Positions 15,156 to 23,487 of a DNA stretch of 24,000 bases are shown here, in pieces; position 1 is the first letter of the stretch, and each line of letters starts with the position of its first letter. The translations under genes and the position numbers were made by a program. Below the pieces are notes generated by a model. That model was not told the origin of the DNA and ran no database searches. It saw only the letters and a program-made list of their open reading frames with translations. The stretch comes from Undibacterium danionis (GTDB taxonomy: Bacteria; Pseudomonadota; Gammaproteobacteria; Burkholderiales; Burkholderiaceae_D), in contig NZ_JBHLXJ010000009.1 in the NCBI RefSeq assembly GCF_042432465.1, forward strand, positions 243,665 through 267,664. Reading direction: 5' to 3'.

Positions 15156-16406
15156 TTATTCTTCTAAAATCTCCAACCCAATCAACTCCTGAATACTCTG
15201 ACGCCGGCGTATCAAACGCACCTCACCACCATCCACCAACACTTCAGGAATCAAAGGTCGTGAATTGTAATTCGACGACATGCTGGCGCCATAGGCACCT
15301 GCGTCGTGGAATATGATTAAGTCGCCCACTTCGCATGGCGGTAAATCTTGATGCGTGACTACGCCGCCTTCTTCTTGAGTAAATACATCGCCTGATTCGC
15401 ACAATGGGCCGGCAACTACGGTGGGTCGCGTTGCACCTGTGCGTAAATTACCGTCCGTAGTGTGTGCGGTAATTTGGTGGAAGCTGCCGTACATAGAAGG
15501 GCGTACTAAATCATTAAAGCCCGCATCGACAAAGACAAAGTAATTGCTACCAACCTGTTTTTGCGCACGCAATTCGGAGATCAGAATGCCTGATTGCGCA
15601 ACTAAGAAACGACCGGGTTCAATTTCCATACTGATTTTGTGACCCAGATGCGCTTCGATTTGGGTGCGGGCTTTGTCCCAGATCTCGAAATAATGGGTCG
15701 TGTCGACGTCAGGTTCGTCTGCTTGGTAAGGAATGGACAAACCGCCACCTATAGAGATGGCTTCAATATCAATTGGGCAGGCTTGGACTTGGGCGATCAT
15801 TGCATCGCACACTTGTTGCAGGTGATCGTAATCCACACCTGAACCTATGTGCATATGCAGGCCTATTAGTTTTAAGCCGTATTGTTGAATCAGTGCGTAG
15901 GCTTGCGGTAGTTCTTCGTGCCAGATGCCGTGTTTGCTTTGTTCGCCGCCGGTATTGGTTTTGCGGCTGTGGCCGTGACCGAAGCCGGGATTGATTCTGA
16001 TCCAGACTGGATGACCGGGATGGGCTTGTCCCAATTGCTCTAACATCTGCGGTGAGCCGCAGTTGACTGGGATGTTGAGTTCCACCACACGTTTTAAGGC
16101 GTGTTGGTCTAGCAGGTCAGCGGTAAACACAATAGGTGCATGTGTTGCGTCCGCTTGCGGATCAAAGCCTGCTACCAGCGCGCGTTCCACTTCACCTAAA
16201 GAAACCGAATCCACTAAGACGCCTTGCTCACGCATCAGACGCAAGATATGGATATTACTGCAGGACTTTTGCGCAAAACGGATGACGTCGAATTGGCGCA
16301 AGCGCTCAATTTGTGAACGTATCATTTGTGCGTCGTAAGCCCAGCAAGGGGTTTGAAACTCATGCGCGATGTGGCTGATGTGGGCGGCGGTGATGGCGTT
16401 TTTCAT
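15156..16406 (-). CDS. lysA: diaminopimelate decarboxylase
   Basis: The start is taken at Met29 of the ORF (MKNAITAAHISHIAHEFQTPCWAYDAQMIR...), which gives 416 aa. PLP fold-III decarboxylase motifs are present: FAQKSCSN, HMHIGSG, EPGR, CESGD, GAYG. The extension to 16490 looks non-coding. Confidence 0.92.
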   Translation of the reverse strand: MKNAITAAHISHIAHEFQTPCWAYDAQMIRSQIERLRQFDVIRFAQKSCSNIHILRLMREQGVLVDSVSLGEVERALVAGFDPQADATHAPIVFTADLLDQHALKRVVELNIPVNCGSPQMLEQLGQAHPGHPVWIRINPGFGHGHSRKTNTGGEQSKHGIWHEELPQAYALIQQYGLKLIGLHMHIGSGVDYDHLQQVCDAMIAQVQACPIDIEAISIGGGLSIPYQADEPDVDTTHYFEIWDKARTQIEAHLGHKISMEIEPGRFLVAQSGILISELRAQKQVGSNYFVFVDAGFNDLVRPSMYGSFHQITAHTTDGNLRTGATRPTVVAGPLCESGDVFTQEEGGVVTHQDLPPCEVGDLIIFHDAGAYGASMSSNYNSRPLIPEVLVDGGEVRLIRRRQSIQELIGLEILEE

Positions 16407-16478
16407 GTGAAAGATCTCGTTTTGATGAGAAGAAATGAGAATTGGAATTGCATTACTGTAGCGCGTACAATACAAAAA

Positions 16479-16494
16479 TTGAATGGGCATTCAA
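16479..16494. promoter_or_regulatory. Palindrome TTGAAT-gggc-ATTCAA in the lysA/lrp divergent intergenic region
   Basis: A perfect 6-bp inverted repeat lies 54 nt upstream of the lrp-family ATG and 73 nt upstream of the lysA ATG. It is a candidate AsnC/Lrp operator. Confidence 0.25.
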
Positions 16495-16547
16495 AGGTGA
16501 GAGATTGCTTTCGCCGTGAATTCGTCAGAATTTCCGAGGTTTTGCTT

Positions 16548-17009
16548 ATGAATCCAAAAATTGACCAATACGATCAAAAAATCCTGCAATTGTTGCAAGA
16601 AGACGCACGCATGTCGCATGCCGAGCTAGGGCGTCAAGTGCATTTGAGTCAGCCTGCCGTTTCTGAACGGATTAAACGCTTGGAGGCGAGCAATATTATT
16701 CGCGGCTATCGCGCTGATATTAATCCTAAAGCGCTCGGTTATGAAATCACCGCCATGATTCGCGTCTCGACTCAGCAAGGCCGACCCTATGCACAGTATG
16801 TCGCTAGCTGTCCTGAGATTATTGATTGCTATACCGTGACAGGTGAGGATGGTGCGGTGATGCGGGTGTTGGCGAGTGATGTTGAACATTTGCAGCGTAT
16901 TATTAATGAACTCAATGCTTTCGGTTCTACCTCTACCGCTATCGTATTGACCACGCATGTTTCTGGCAAAGCTATCGCCGTACCATCGCTCAATGAAAAT
17001 AAGGATTAA
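16548..17009 (+). CDS. Lrp/AsnC family transcriptional regulator
   Basis: The start is taken at the internal ATG (MNPKIDQYDQKILQLLQEDARMSHAELGRQVHLSQPAVSERIKRLE...), with SD gagg 8 nt upstream. The product is 153 aa, with an HTH_AsnC N-terminus and a RAM/ASNC C-terminal domain. It is divergent from lysA. Confidence 0.9.
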   Translation: MNPKIDQYDQKILQLLQEDARMSHAELGRQVHLSQPAVSERIKRLEASNIIRGYRADINPKALGYEITAMIRVSTQQGRPYAQYVASCPEIIDCYTVTGEDGAVMRVLASDVEHLQRIINELNAFGSTSTAIVLTTHVSGKAIAVPSLNENKD

Positions 17010-17046
17010 CGTGAATTGAGCCCAAAAGTATAGTTTGTTCGCCCAG

Positions 17047-17079
17047 TGTCCATGACCGTCCGTATAGTGGTCGCGGACA
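17047..17079. promoter_or_regulatory. Candidate enhancer (UAS) inverted repeat for the sigma54 activator
   Basis: TGTCCATGACC-N11-GGTCGCGGACA (9 of 11 positions complementary), centred about 90 bp upstream of the sigma54 promoter. Confidence 0.35.
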
Positions 17080-17117
17080 TCTTGTTGTTCTCACCTGAAA
17101 TAATAAATACGCCATAA

Positions 17118-17130
17118 AATCAAATGCTTA
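17118..17130 (+). promoter_or_regulatory. IHF-site-like sequence between the UAS and the sigma54 promoter
   Basis: AATCAAatgcTTA fits WATCAANNNNTTR exactly, in an AT-rich context. Confidence 0.4.
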
Positions 17131-17146
17131 GCGCAATATTTTGAGT

Positions 17147-17162
17147 TGGCATGCTTCCTGCT
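17147..17162 (+). promoter_or_regulatory. sigma54 (-24/-12) promoter of the adaptor/ABC operon
   Basis: TGGCATgcttcCTGCT compared with the consensus TGGCACG-N4-TTGCW. The GG and GC dinucleotides are correctly spaced (12 nt). It lies 42 nt upstream of the ATG at 17204. Confidence 0.65.
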
Positions 17163-17203
17163 AAAGAGTGCTTGTCCGTGATAACTTTTTAGTGAGAAGC
17201 AAT

Positions 17204-18472
17204 ATGATTCGTGATACTTCAGGTCAAGATGCCGTGATTGCAGCGCCACCGCTTTGGCGTCGTAAGAAACTGGTGGTGGCGGTTGTCTTTGCCATCGCTT
17301 TCCTTATTCTTAGTGTTTTTTTGCTGCGTGCATTTGCCAGTAGCAGCAAATCGATTAACGCCTCTCGCATCAAAATCGCGCAAGTCACACGTGGGACTCT
17401 AGTACGCGATGTTGCAGTGAATGGTCGTATGGTCGCCGCCATCAGCCCGACCTTATATTCAACTGCGCCGAGCACGGTCACTTTGAAAGTCAAAGCCGGT
17501 GACATGGTCAAAAAAGGCGATATCGTCGCCGAATTGGAGTCGCCTGATCTGACCAGTTTGCTTAAACGTGAGCAAGCCAATTATGATCAACTTGAGGCCG
17601 AAGTGTCGCGCCAAAAAATTCTTGCGCGCAAACAAAAATTGATCGCGCGTCGCGACGCGGATCAGGCTGAAATTGAGCGTATCACCGCCGCTCGTACTTT
17701 CGAACGTTTTGAAAAAGCTGGTCCTTCTGGTGTGATTTCCAAGATTGATTATATGCGTGCGCAAGACGCGTTAAAAACTGCGGAAATTCGAGCAAAGCAT
17801 GCAGAAGCCGCGACCGGCTTAGAAAATGAAGACGTCGATTTAAATCTCAAAACTAAAAGCGCGCAGTTAGAGCAACAACGCTTAGTACGCGACGACGCAA
17901 AACGTAAAGTGGATGAGCTGCGCCTGAAAGCGCCTGTCGATGGCATGGTAGGTACCTTATCTGTCGCCAATCGCAGTGTCGTTGCTGCCAATACCGCCTT
18001 GATGACTTTAGTCGATCTATCTCAACTAGAAGTGGAATTGGAAATTCCAGAAACCTATGTGGCTGATTTGGGTTTAGGAATGACGGCAGAAATCACGATT
18101 AACGGCGTCAGCGCAAAAGGCAAACTGTCGGCGCTGTCTCCGGAAGTAGTGAAAAACCAAGTGTTGGCGCGAGTACGTTTTGATGGTCCTCAACCATCCG
18201 GATTACGCCAAAGCCAACGTGTGTCAGCACGCCTATTAATAGAAGAAAAACCGAATGTCTTGATGTTAGCGCGTGGTCCTTTTGTTGAGAGTGAAGGCGG
18301 TCGATTCGCCTATCTGGTGCAAAACAATATTGCCACCCGCATTCCTTTTAAATTAGGTGCCACGAGTATCTCGGCTGTAGAAATTTTATCGGGTTTAAAA
18401 GAGGGCGATAAAGTCGTTGTAGCAGGAACTGATCAGTTTGAAAATGCAGAAAAAGTGTCACTGAATAACTAG
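17204..18472 (+). CDS. HlyD/MacA-like periplasmic adaptor (membrane fusion protein)
   Basis: The start is taken at the internal ATG (MIRDTSG...). It has an N-terminal TM anchor (LVVAVVFAIAFLILSVFLL), a lipoyl-like hairpin (VKAGDMVKKGDIVAELESPDL ... LKAPVDGMVGTL), a long coiled-coil middle region and a beta-barrel C-terminus. Confidence 0.85.
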   Translation: MIRDTSGQDAVIAAPPLWRRKKLVVAVVFAIAFLILSVFLLRAFASSSKSINASRIKIAQVTRGTLVRDVAVNGRMVAAISPTLYSTAPSTVTLKVKAGDMVKKGDIVAELESPDLTSLLKREQANYDQLEAEVSRQKILARKQKLIARRDADQAEIERITAARTFERFEKAGPSGVISKIDYMRAQDALKTAEIRAKHAEAATGLENEDVDLNLKTKSAQLEQQRLVRDDAKRKVDELRLKAPVDGMVGTLSVANRSVVAANTALMTLVDLSQLEVELEIPETYVADLGLGMTAEITINGVSAKGKLSALSPEVVKNQVLARVRFDGPQPSGLRQSQRVSARLLIEEKPNVLMLARGPFVESEGGRFAYLVQNNIATRIPFKLGATSISAVEILSGLKEGDKVVVAGTDQFENAEKVSLNN

Positions 18473-18515
18473 TTAAATTTAAACCAAACGCCAAAATTCA
18501 AAAAAAGGAAATGCC

Positions 18516-19244
18516 ATGTTACATATGAAAAATTTGAGCAAAGTGTATCGCACCCACATGATAGAAACCCACGCACTGCGCGGTTTTGAAATTCACGTTA
18601 AGCAAGGTGAATTTGTGACGGTAACTGGACCATCGGGTTCTGGTAAAACGACTTTCTTAAATATCGCTGGATTGTTAGAAGAATTCACCGGCGGTGAATA
18701 CTATCTCGATGGTATTAACGTCACGCGCATGGACGACAATGCGCGTACCAAAATGCGTAACGAAAAATTGGGTTTCATTTTCCAAGGCTTTAATCTAATT
18801 CCTGATTTGAATTTATTCGACAATGTCGATGTACCTTTACGTTATCGCGGCTTAGCGGCGAAAGAACGTAAAGAGCGTATCGAAGACGCCTTAGCACAAG
18901 TAGGTTTGTCCTCTCGCATGAAGCACTATCCGGCAGAGTTGTCCGGTGGTCAGCAGCAGCGGGTAGCGATAGCCCGTGCATTGGCCGGTTCTCCCAAATT
19001 ATTGTTAGCCGATGAACCGACTGGTAATTTGGATACCCAAATGGCGCGTAGCGTGATGGAATTGCTGGAGGAAATTAACGCCAGAGGTACCACCATACTG
19101 ATGGTGACTCATGATCCCGAGTTGGCGGTGCGTGCCCAACGTAATGTCCATATCATTGATGGCCAAGTATCGGACTTGGTACGTAAGACGCCTAGTCTCG
19201 TGGTTGATCACCACAATGTTGAAACCAATTTGCATATTGCCTAA
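18516..19244 (+). CDS. ABC transporter ATP-binding protein (LolD/MacB-NBD type)
   Basis: 242 aa with SD aagga. Motifs present: Walker A GPSGSGKTT, Q-loop, signature LSGGQQQRVAIARAL, Walker B LLLADEPTGNLD, and H-loop VTHD. Confidence 0.92.
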   Translation: MLHMKNLSKVYRTHMIETHALRGFEIHVKQGEFVTVTGPSGSGKTTFLNIAGLLEEFTGGEYYLDGINVTRMDDNARTKMRNEKLGFIFQGFNLIPDLNLFDNVDVPLRYRGLAAKERKERIEDALAQVGLSSRMKHYPAELSGGQQQRVAIARALAGSPKLLLADEPTGNLDTQMARSVMELLEEINARGTTILMVTHDPELAVRAQRNVHIIDGQVSDLVRKTPSLVVDHHNVETNLHIA

Positions 19245-19261
19245 GCCAGATAGGACTCATC

Positions 19262-20575
19262 ATGTTTCGATACTATTTTTTTCTTGGCTTAAAAAGCTTA
19301 CGCCGCAATCCGGTTCTGACCGCATTGATGGTCTTGACGCTTGCGATTGGTGTGGCTGCTAGCGTTTCTACTTTAACGATATTGCATGTCATGTCGGGTG
19401 ATCCTATTCCACAAAAAAGTGATCGTTTATTTACGGCGATTCTCGATCCGGGACCAAAGGAAGGTTATACGCCAGGTGACGAGCCGAATGATCACCAATT
19501 TACCTATAAAGATATCAGCAATCTACTCTTGAGTAAGCAAGGCGAACGTCGTGCCGCGATGTATGGGATTGAGGCAACGGCAGAGCCGGAGCGTAAAGAT
19601 CTGGGGGCGATGTCGATGGAAGGCTTAGCCGTTACCGCAGACACCTTTGCCATGTTTGACATTCCCTTTGTTAGTGGACAAGCTTGGCAAGCTTCCGAAG
19701 ATAAAAATTCGGCTGATGTGGTGGTGTTGAGTAAAAAAATGGCTGAGAAGCTTTTTGGCACAGTCAATCCTGTGGGGCAAAAGCTGCGTATGTTAAAAGG
19801 CGATTTTACGGTGATAGGTGTCAGTAACGATTGGGCGCCTAAACCAAAATTTTATATTTTTAATGGTCGTGAAGGCGCATTTACGGAAGAGCCAGATTTT
19901 ATGCTTCCCTTGAGTAATGCGATACGCCGTGAAACTGCACATAGTGGCAGCATGGGGTGTACTGGACGCTCAGAACCAGGCTGGGAAGGGCGCTTAAATT
20001 CTGAATGTACTTGGTTTCATTTTTGGTTCGAATTGAAATCACCAAGTCAACGCGCAGAATTGCAAAATTATTTGGACAGCTATGCCGCAGAGCAGTTTAA
20101 GTTAGGCCGTTTTCAACGTCAGGCAAAAAATCGCTTATTTAATGTGCGTGAGTTTTTGGTCGAAATGCAAGTGATTGGCGATGATAGTCGTCTGTCAGCA
20201 TGGTTAGCGTTTGGCTTCCTCTTGCTTTGCCTAGTCAATACCGTCGGTTTATTACTGGCGAAGTTTTCAGTACGTGCTTCGGAAGTTGGCGTTCGACGTG
20301 CGCTGGGAGCATCGCGTAAGGAAATATTCACGCAATTTTTGATTGAAACTGCAGTGGTTGGCTTGGTTGGCGCATTGCTAGGCGTATTACTGGCAGCCGG
20401 TGCTTTGCAGTTAATTGCATTGCAGTCGAAAGATTTAGCAGTGGTGGCACACATGGATTGGGCGATGTTAGGTTTGACTTTCCTCATGTCAGTGAGTGCA
20501 GCGATGATCGCGGGTTTATTACCCACTTGGCGTGCTTGTCAGGTGACGCCAGCGATACAACTGAAATCTCAATAA
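19262..20575 (+). CDS. ABC transporter permease, FtsX/MacB-type (paralogue 1)
   Basis: 437 aa. TM1 (LTALMVLTLAIGVAASV) is followed by a periplasmic domain of about 270 aa. Three C-terminal TM helices carry the FtsX-family motif E.GVRRALGASRKEIFTQFL.E. Confidence 0.85.
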   Translation: MFRYYFFLGLKSLRRNPVLTALMVLTLAIGVAASVSTLTILHVMSGDPIPQKSDRLFTAILDPGPKEGYTPGDEPNDHQFTYKDISNLLLSKQGERRAAMYGIEATAEPERKDLGAMSMEGLAVTADTFAMFDIPFVSGQAWQASEDKNSADVVVLSKKMAEKLFGTVNPVGQKLRMLKGDFTVIGVSNDWAPKPKFYIFNGREGAFTEEPDFMLPLSNAIRRETAHSGSMGCTGRSEPGWEGRLNSECTWFHFWFELKSPSQRAELQNYLDSYAAEQFKLGRFQRQAKNRLFNVREFLVEMQVIGDDSRLSAWLAFGFLLLCLVNTVGLLLAKFSVRASEVGVRRALGASRKEIFTQFLIETAVVGLVGALLGVLLAAGALQLIALQSKDLAVVAHMDWAMLGLTFLMSVSAAMIAGLLPTWRACQVTPAIQLKSQ

Positions 20576-20593
20576 AAGTGGGAACAAAATACT

Positions 20594-21841
20594 ATGAATA
20601 CATTATTTGAATTACGCCCGATTTTTTCGGCCATGATGCGTAATAAATTGGGGCCGGTACTAGTAGCGATACAGGTCGCTTTGAGCTTAGCCATTCTGGT
20701 GAACGCGATTTATATTGTTAATCTGCGCCTTGATGTTGCCGCGCGTCCGAGTGGCATTGCAGATGAGCAGGAAGTTTTCAGGGTGAATGTGAGAAATCAG
20801 ATTTTAGGTGGACACGAAGATCAGATCGCTTTACAAAAACGTGAAGCCGATACGATACGTGCAGTACCAGGTGTCGTGTCTGTCGCACGTGTTAGCTCTT
20901 TTCCTGTATCGCGTTCGGGTAGCAATACCTCTGTGTCTGTAGATCGTAAACAGGACGTGCCAACTGCTACAACCGGTATGTTTGTATCACCCGACTCACT
21001 GATTAAGACCTGGAAATTACGTCTAATAGAAGGACAAGATTTCCAAGCAGGTGACTTTGTCGAAATTGATCCTAATATTAAAGTGGAGCCTTCGAAGAAA
21101 GTGATCGTGAGTAAAGCGCTAGCACAGAAGTTGTTTCCCGGTCAGTCTCAATTCGTGGGAAAAGAGTATTTCTTCGGCACCGGGAGTAATGCGAATGCGG
21201 TAACCATCATAGGTGTGGTCGAAACTTTGCAGACATCTGGCGCACAGGCTACCTCGAATGGTGAATTTGCGACTATCTTGCCAGCACGGGTGACCGGACA
21301 AATTTGGGACGGTTATGCGGTGCGTGCAGAACCTGGGCAACGTGATCGTGTGATGAAGGAAGTCGAAGAAGCCTTGCGTAAAGCCTCGGCAACACCTATT
21401 TATGCCAAAGCAACGAGCATGGAAAAATTCCGTACCGATCGTTATCGTAGTGAGAAGGGTTTGGCGTGGATGTTGTTGGCCGTGAGTCTATTATTAATTG
21501 TCGTGACGGCTAGCGGCATCGTCGGTATGAGTACCTTGTGGGTCGCGCAGCGTCGTAAGCAAATTGGTATTCGTCGTGCTTTAGGTGCTCGTCGTATCGA
21601 TGTCTTGGCCTATTTTATCGCCGAAAATTGGTTGATTACCACGGGTGGTATTGTATTTGGCATCGCTTTGGCGCTAGGTTTAAATTACGTGTTGGTAGGA
21701 CAGTTTGAATTGCCAAAACTGCCAGTCAGCTATCTTTTCTTGTCGCCTTTGGTATTCTGGATACTAGGTGTACTCGCGGTGTATGCACCAGCTTGGCGTG
21801 CCGCAAGTATTTCTCCTGCGACAGCGACCCGTGGCGTATAG
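20594..21841 (+). CDS. ABC transporter permease, FtsX/MacB-type (paralogue 2)
   Basis: 415 aa with the same topology as the upstream permease and the motif QRRKQIGIRRALGARRIDVLAYF. It is clearly a different sequence from the upstream permease. Confidence 0.85.
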   Translation: MNTLFELRPIFSAMMRNKLGPVLVAIQVALSLAILVNAIYIVNLRLDVAARPSGIADEQEVFRVNVRNQILGGHEDQIALQKREADTIRAVPGVVSVARVSSFPVSRSGSNTSVSVDRKQDVPTATTGMFVSPDSLIKTWKLRLIEGQDFQAGDFVEIDPNIKVEPSKKVIVSKALAQKLFPGQSQFVGKEYFFGTGSNANAVTIIGVVETLQTSGAQATSNGEFATILPARVTGQIWDGYAVRAEPGQRDRVMKEVEEALRKASATPIYAKATSMEKFRTDRYRSEKGLAWMLLAVSLLLIVVTASGIVGMSTLWVAQRRKQIGIRRALGARRIDVLAYFIAENWLITTGGIVFGIALALGLNYVLVGQFELPKLPVSYLFLSPLVFWILGVLAVYAPAWRAASISPATATRGV

Positions 21842-21908
21842 TATTAAATTTAGCTAGTTCCAGTTGCCAACAAGGCTGCAAATGAGTTGGCTATCAGTTG
21901 GTGAGTTC

Positions 21909-21977
21909 GTAGGGCGGGTGCAACCCGCGCTGCTCAGGTGCATGATGGTCTGGCGGCGTGGGTTGCACCCGCCCTAC
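21909..21977. repeat. REP-like inverted doublet / long hairpin
   Basis: gtagggcgggtgcaaccc (21909-21926) is perfectly complementary to gggttgcacccgccctac (21960-21977). Pairing extends 3 more bp, leaving a 27-nt loop. Each arm also contains its own mini-palindrome (gcgggt-gca-acccgc). Confidence 0.7.
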
Positions 21978-22052
21978 AATTTGTACTTCTCACTTAGAAT
22001 TCGATCAACGACTTGTGTAGACATCTAACCTGATTATTTTGAAGTTAATCTC

Positions 22053-23390
22053 ATGCCCAGTGTTTTAATTATTGATGACAATCCTTCTATTGCGATGGCA
22101 CTGGATGTGCTGTTGTCTTTGCACGATATCAGCAGTTTCAGTGCGCAGTCCCCCGAACAAGGTCTGGCAATGCTAGAACAGCATGCGATTGATCTGGTGA
22201 TACAAGATATGAATTTCACGGAAGACACGACTTCAGGTGAGGAAGGTGTGAGCTTATTTAAAAAAATTCGCGCTCAGCATCCTGATTTACCCGTGATTTT
22301 ATTGACCGCTTGGACCCATCTTGATGCGGCGGTTGATTTGATTAAAGCTGGCGCGGCTGACTATTTGGCAAAGCCTTGGCATGATCAACGTCTAGTGGCG
22401 AGTGTCAAAAATCTGATTGAATTGGGGCAGGTGAATCGTGCTCTGCAACACCGTGTTCAACGCGAGCGTAAGCAAAAACGCGAATTAGAAACCAAGTACG
22501 ATCTGCGTGATTTTGTTTGGCAAGATCCAGCTACTGAGCGTGTCTTAGGTATGGCTTGTCAGGTCGCGAAATCGGATGTGTCGATTTTAATTACCGGCCC
22601 GAATGGCGCAGGTAAAGAGCGTATTGCAGAAATCGTGCAAGCCAATTCTAAGGTCAAAGACGGTCCGTTTGTTGTGCTCAATTGCGGGGCGATTCCCGCT
22701 GAATTAATTGAGGCTGAATTGTTCGGTGCCGAGGCGGGCGCCTACACGGGCGCGACTAAAGCACGCGAAGGCAAGTTTGAAGCAGCTGACGGTGGGACTT
22801 TATTTTTAGATGAAATCGGCAACCTACCTTTGGCTGGACAGATTAAATTATTACGCGTATTAGAAACGGGGCGTTTTGAACGGCTGGGTTCGAATAAAGA
22901 GCGTCAGGTTAAAGTGCGAGTGATCAGTGCGACCAATGCTGATTTGCCGGCGATGATTAAGGCCGGGCAATTCAGAGAAGATTTGTTTTATCGCTTAAAT
23001 GTGATTCAATTTAATTTACCCTCGTTGGCAGAACGTCCAGATGATATTTTGCCGTTGGCACATGCTTTTTTGGAAGAAGGCAAATGTCTCAGTGGAACAG
23101 CGCAATCTAGTTTGCTATCCCACACCTGGCCGGGTAATGTGAGGGAATTAAAAAACGTCATGCAGCGCGCTTGTTTGCTCTCAAGCAGCGATGAAATAAA
23201 GGCGCAGGATTTGGGTTTGCCTGTCGTTTCTAATCTTGTCACCAGTAGCGAGGCGGAGCCAGATAAAGAGGCGATAGAGCAGGCATTGAGTAAGGCGCGT
23301 GGCGTAGTCGCCCAAGCGGCTGCCGATCTGGGTTTGAGTCGTCAGGCTTTGTATCGACGTATGGAACGTCTCAATATTTCACGTTCCTAA
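22053..23390 (+). CDS. sigma54-dependent response regulator (NtrC/Fis family enhancer-binding protein)
   Basis: 445 aa. It has a receiver domain (IIDDN...DLVIQDMNF...LTAW...KP), an AAA+ core (Walker A GPNGAGKE, ELFGAEAGAYTGA, GGTLFLDEI, RVISATN, FREDLFYRLNV) and a C-terminal Fis-type HTH (AAADLGLSRQALYRRMERL). Confidence 0.92.
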   Translation: MPSVLIIDDNPSIAMALDVLLSLHDISSFSAQSPEQGLAMLEQHAIDLVIQDMNFTEDTTSGEEGVSLFKKIRAQHPDLPVILLTAWTHLDAAVDLIKAGAADYLAKPWHDQRLVASVKNLIELGQVNRALQHRVQRERKQKRELETKYDLRDFVWQDPATERVLGMACQVAKSDVSILITGPNGAGKERIAEIVQANSKVKDGPFVVLNCGAIPAELIEAELFGAEAGAYTGATKAREGKFEAADGGTLFLDEIGNLPLAGQIKLLRVLETGRFERLGSNKERQVKVRVISATNADLPAMIKAGQFREDLFYRLNVIQFNLPSLAERPDDILPLAHAFLEEGKCLSGTAQSSLLSHTWPGNVRELKNVMQRACLLSSSDEIKAQDLGLPVVSNLVTSSEAEPDKEAIEQALSKARGVVAQAAADLGLSRQALYRRMERLNISRS

Positions 23391-23487
23391 ATTGCGCTTA
23401 GTACCATTTCGTCCTATACGCTAGTTTGCGATGCCATGGAGTCGCTAATCAGAGGCATAATCTGGTAATTCCGTTTTATTTTTCGCT

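Noticed and set aside
16326-16547. The long N-terminal extension of the Lrp/AsnC ORF (227 aa in the track). Likewise the 28-codon extension of lysA to 16490.
   Set aside because: The two extensions overlap each other on opposite strands and cover the shared promoter region. The internal starts give canonical N-termini, and the Lrp start has a GAGG SD.
20119-20526. A 135-aa antisense ORF inside the first permease gene. Similar shadow ORFs lie at 17224..17580, 17459..17764, 17749..17991, 16626..16958, 2319..2711 and 4648..4989.
   Set aside because: All lie opposite strongly supported CDSs and look like shadow ORFs. None has an RBS or a recognisable domain.
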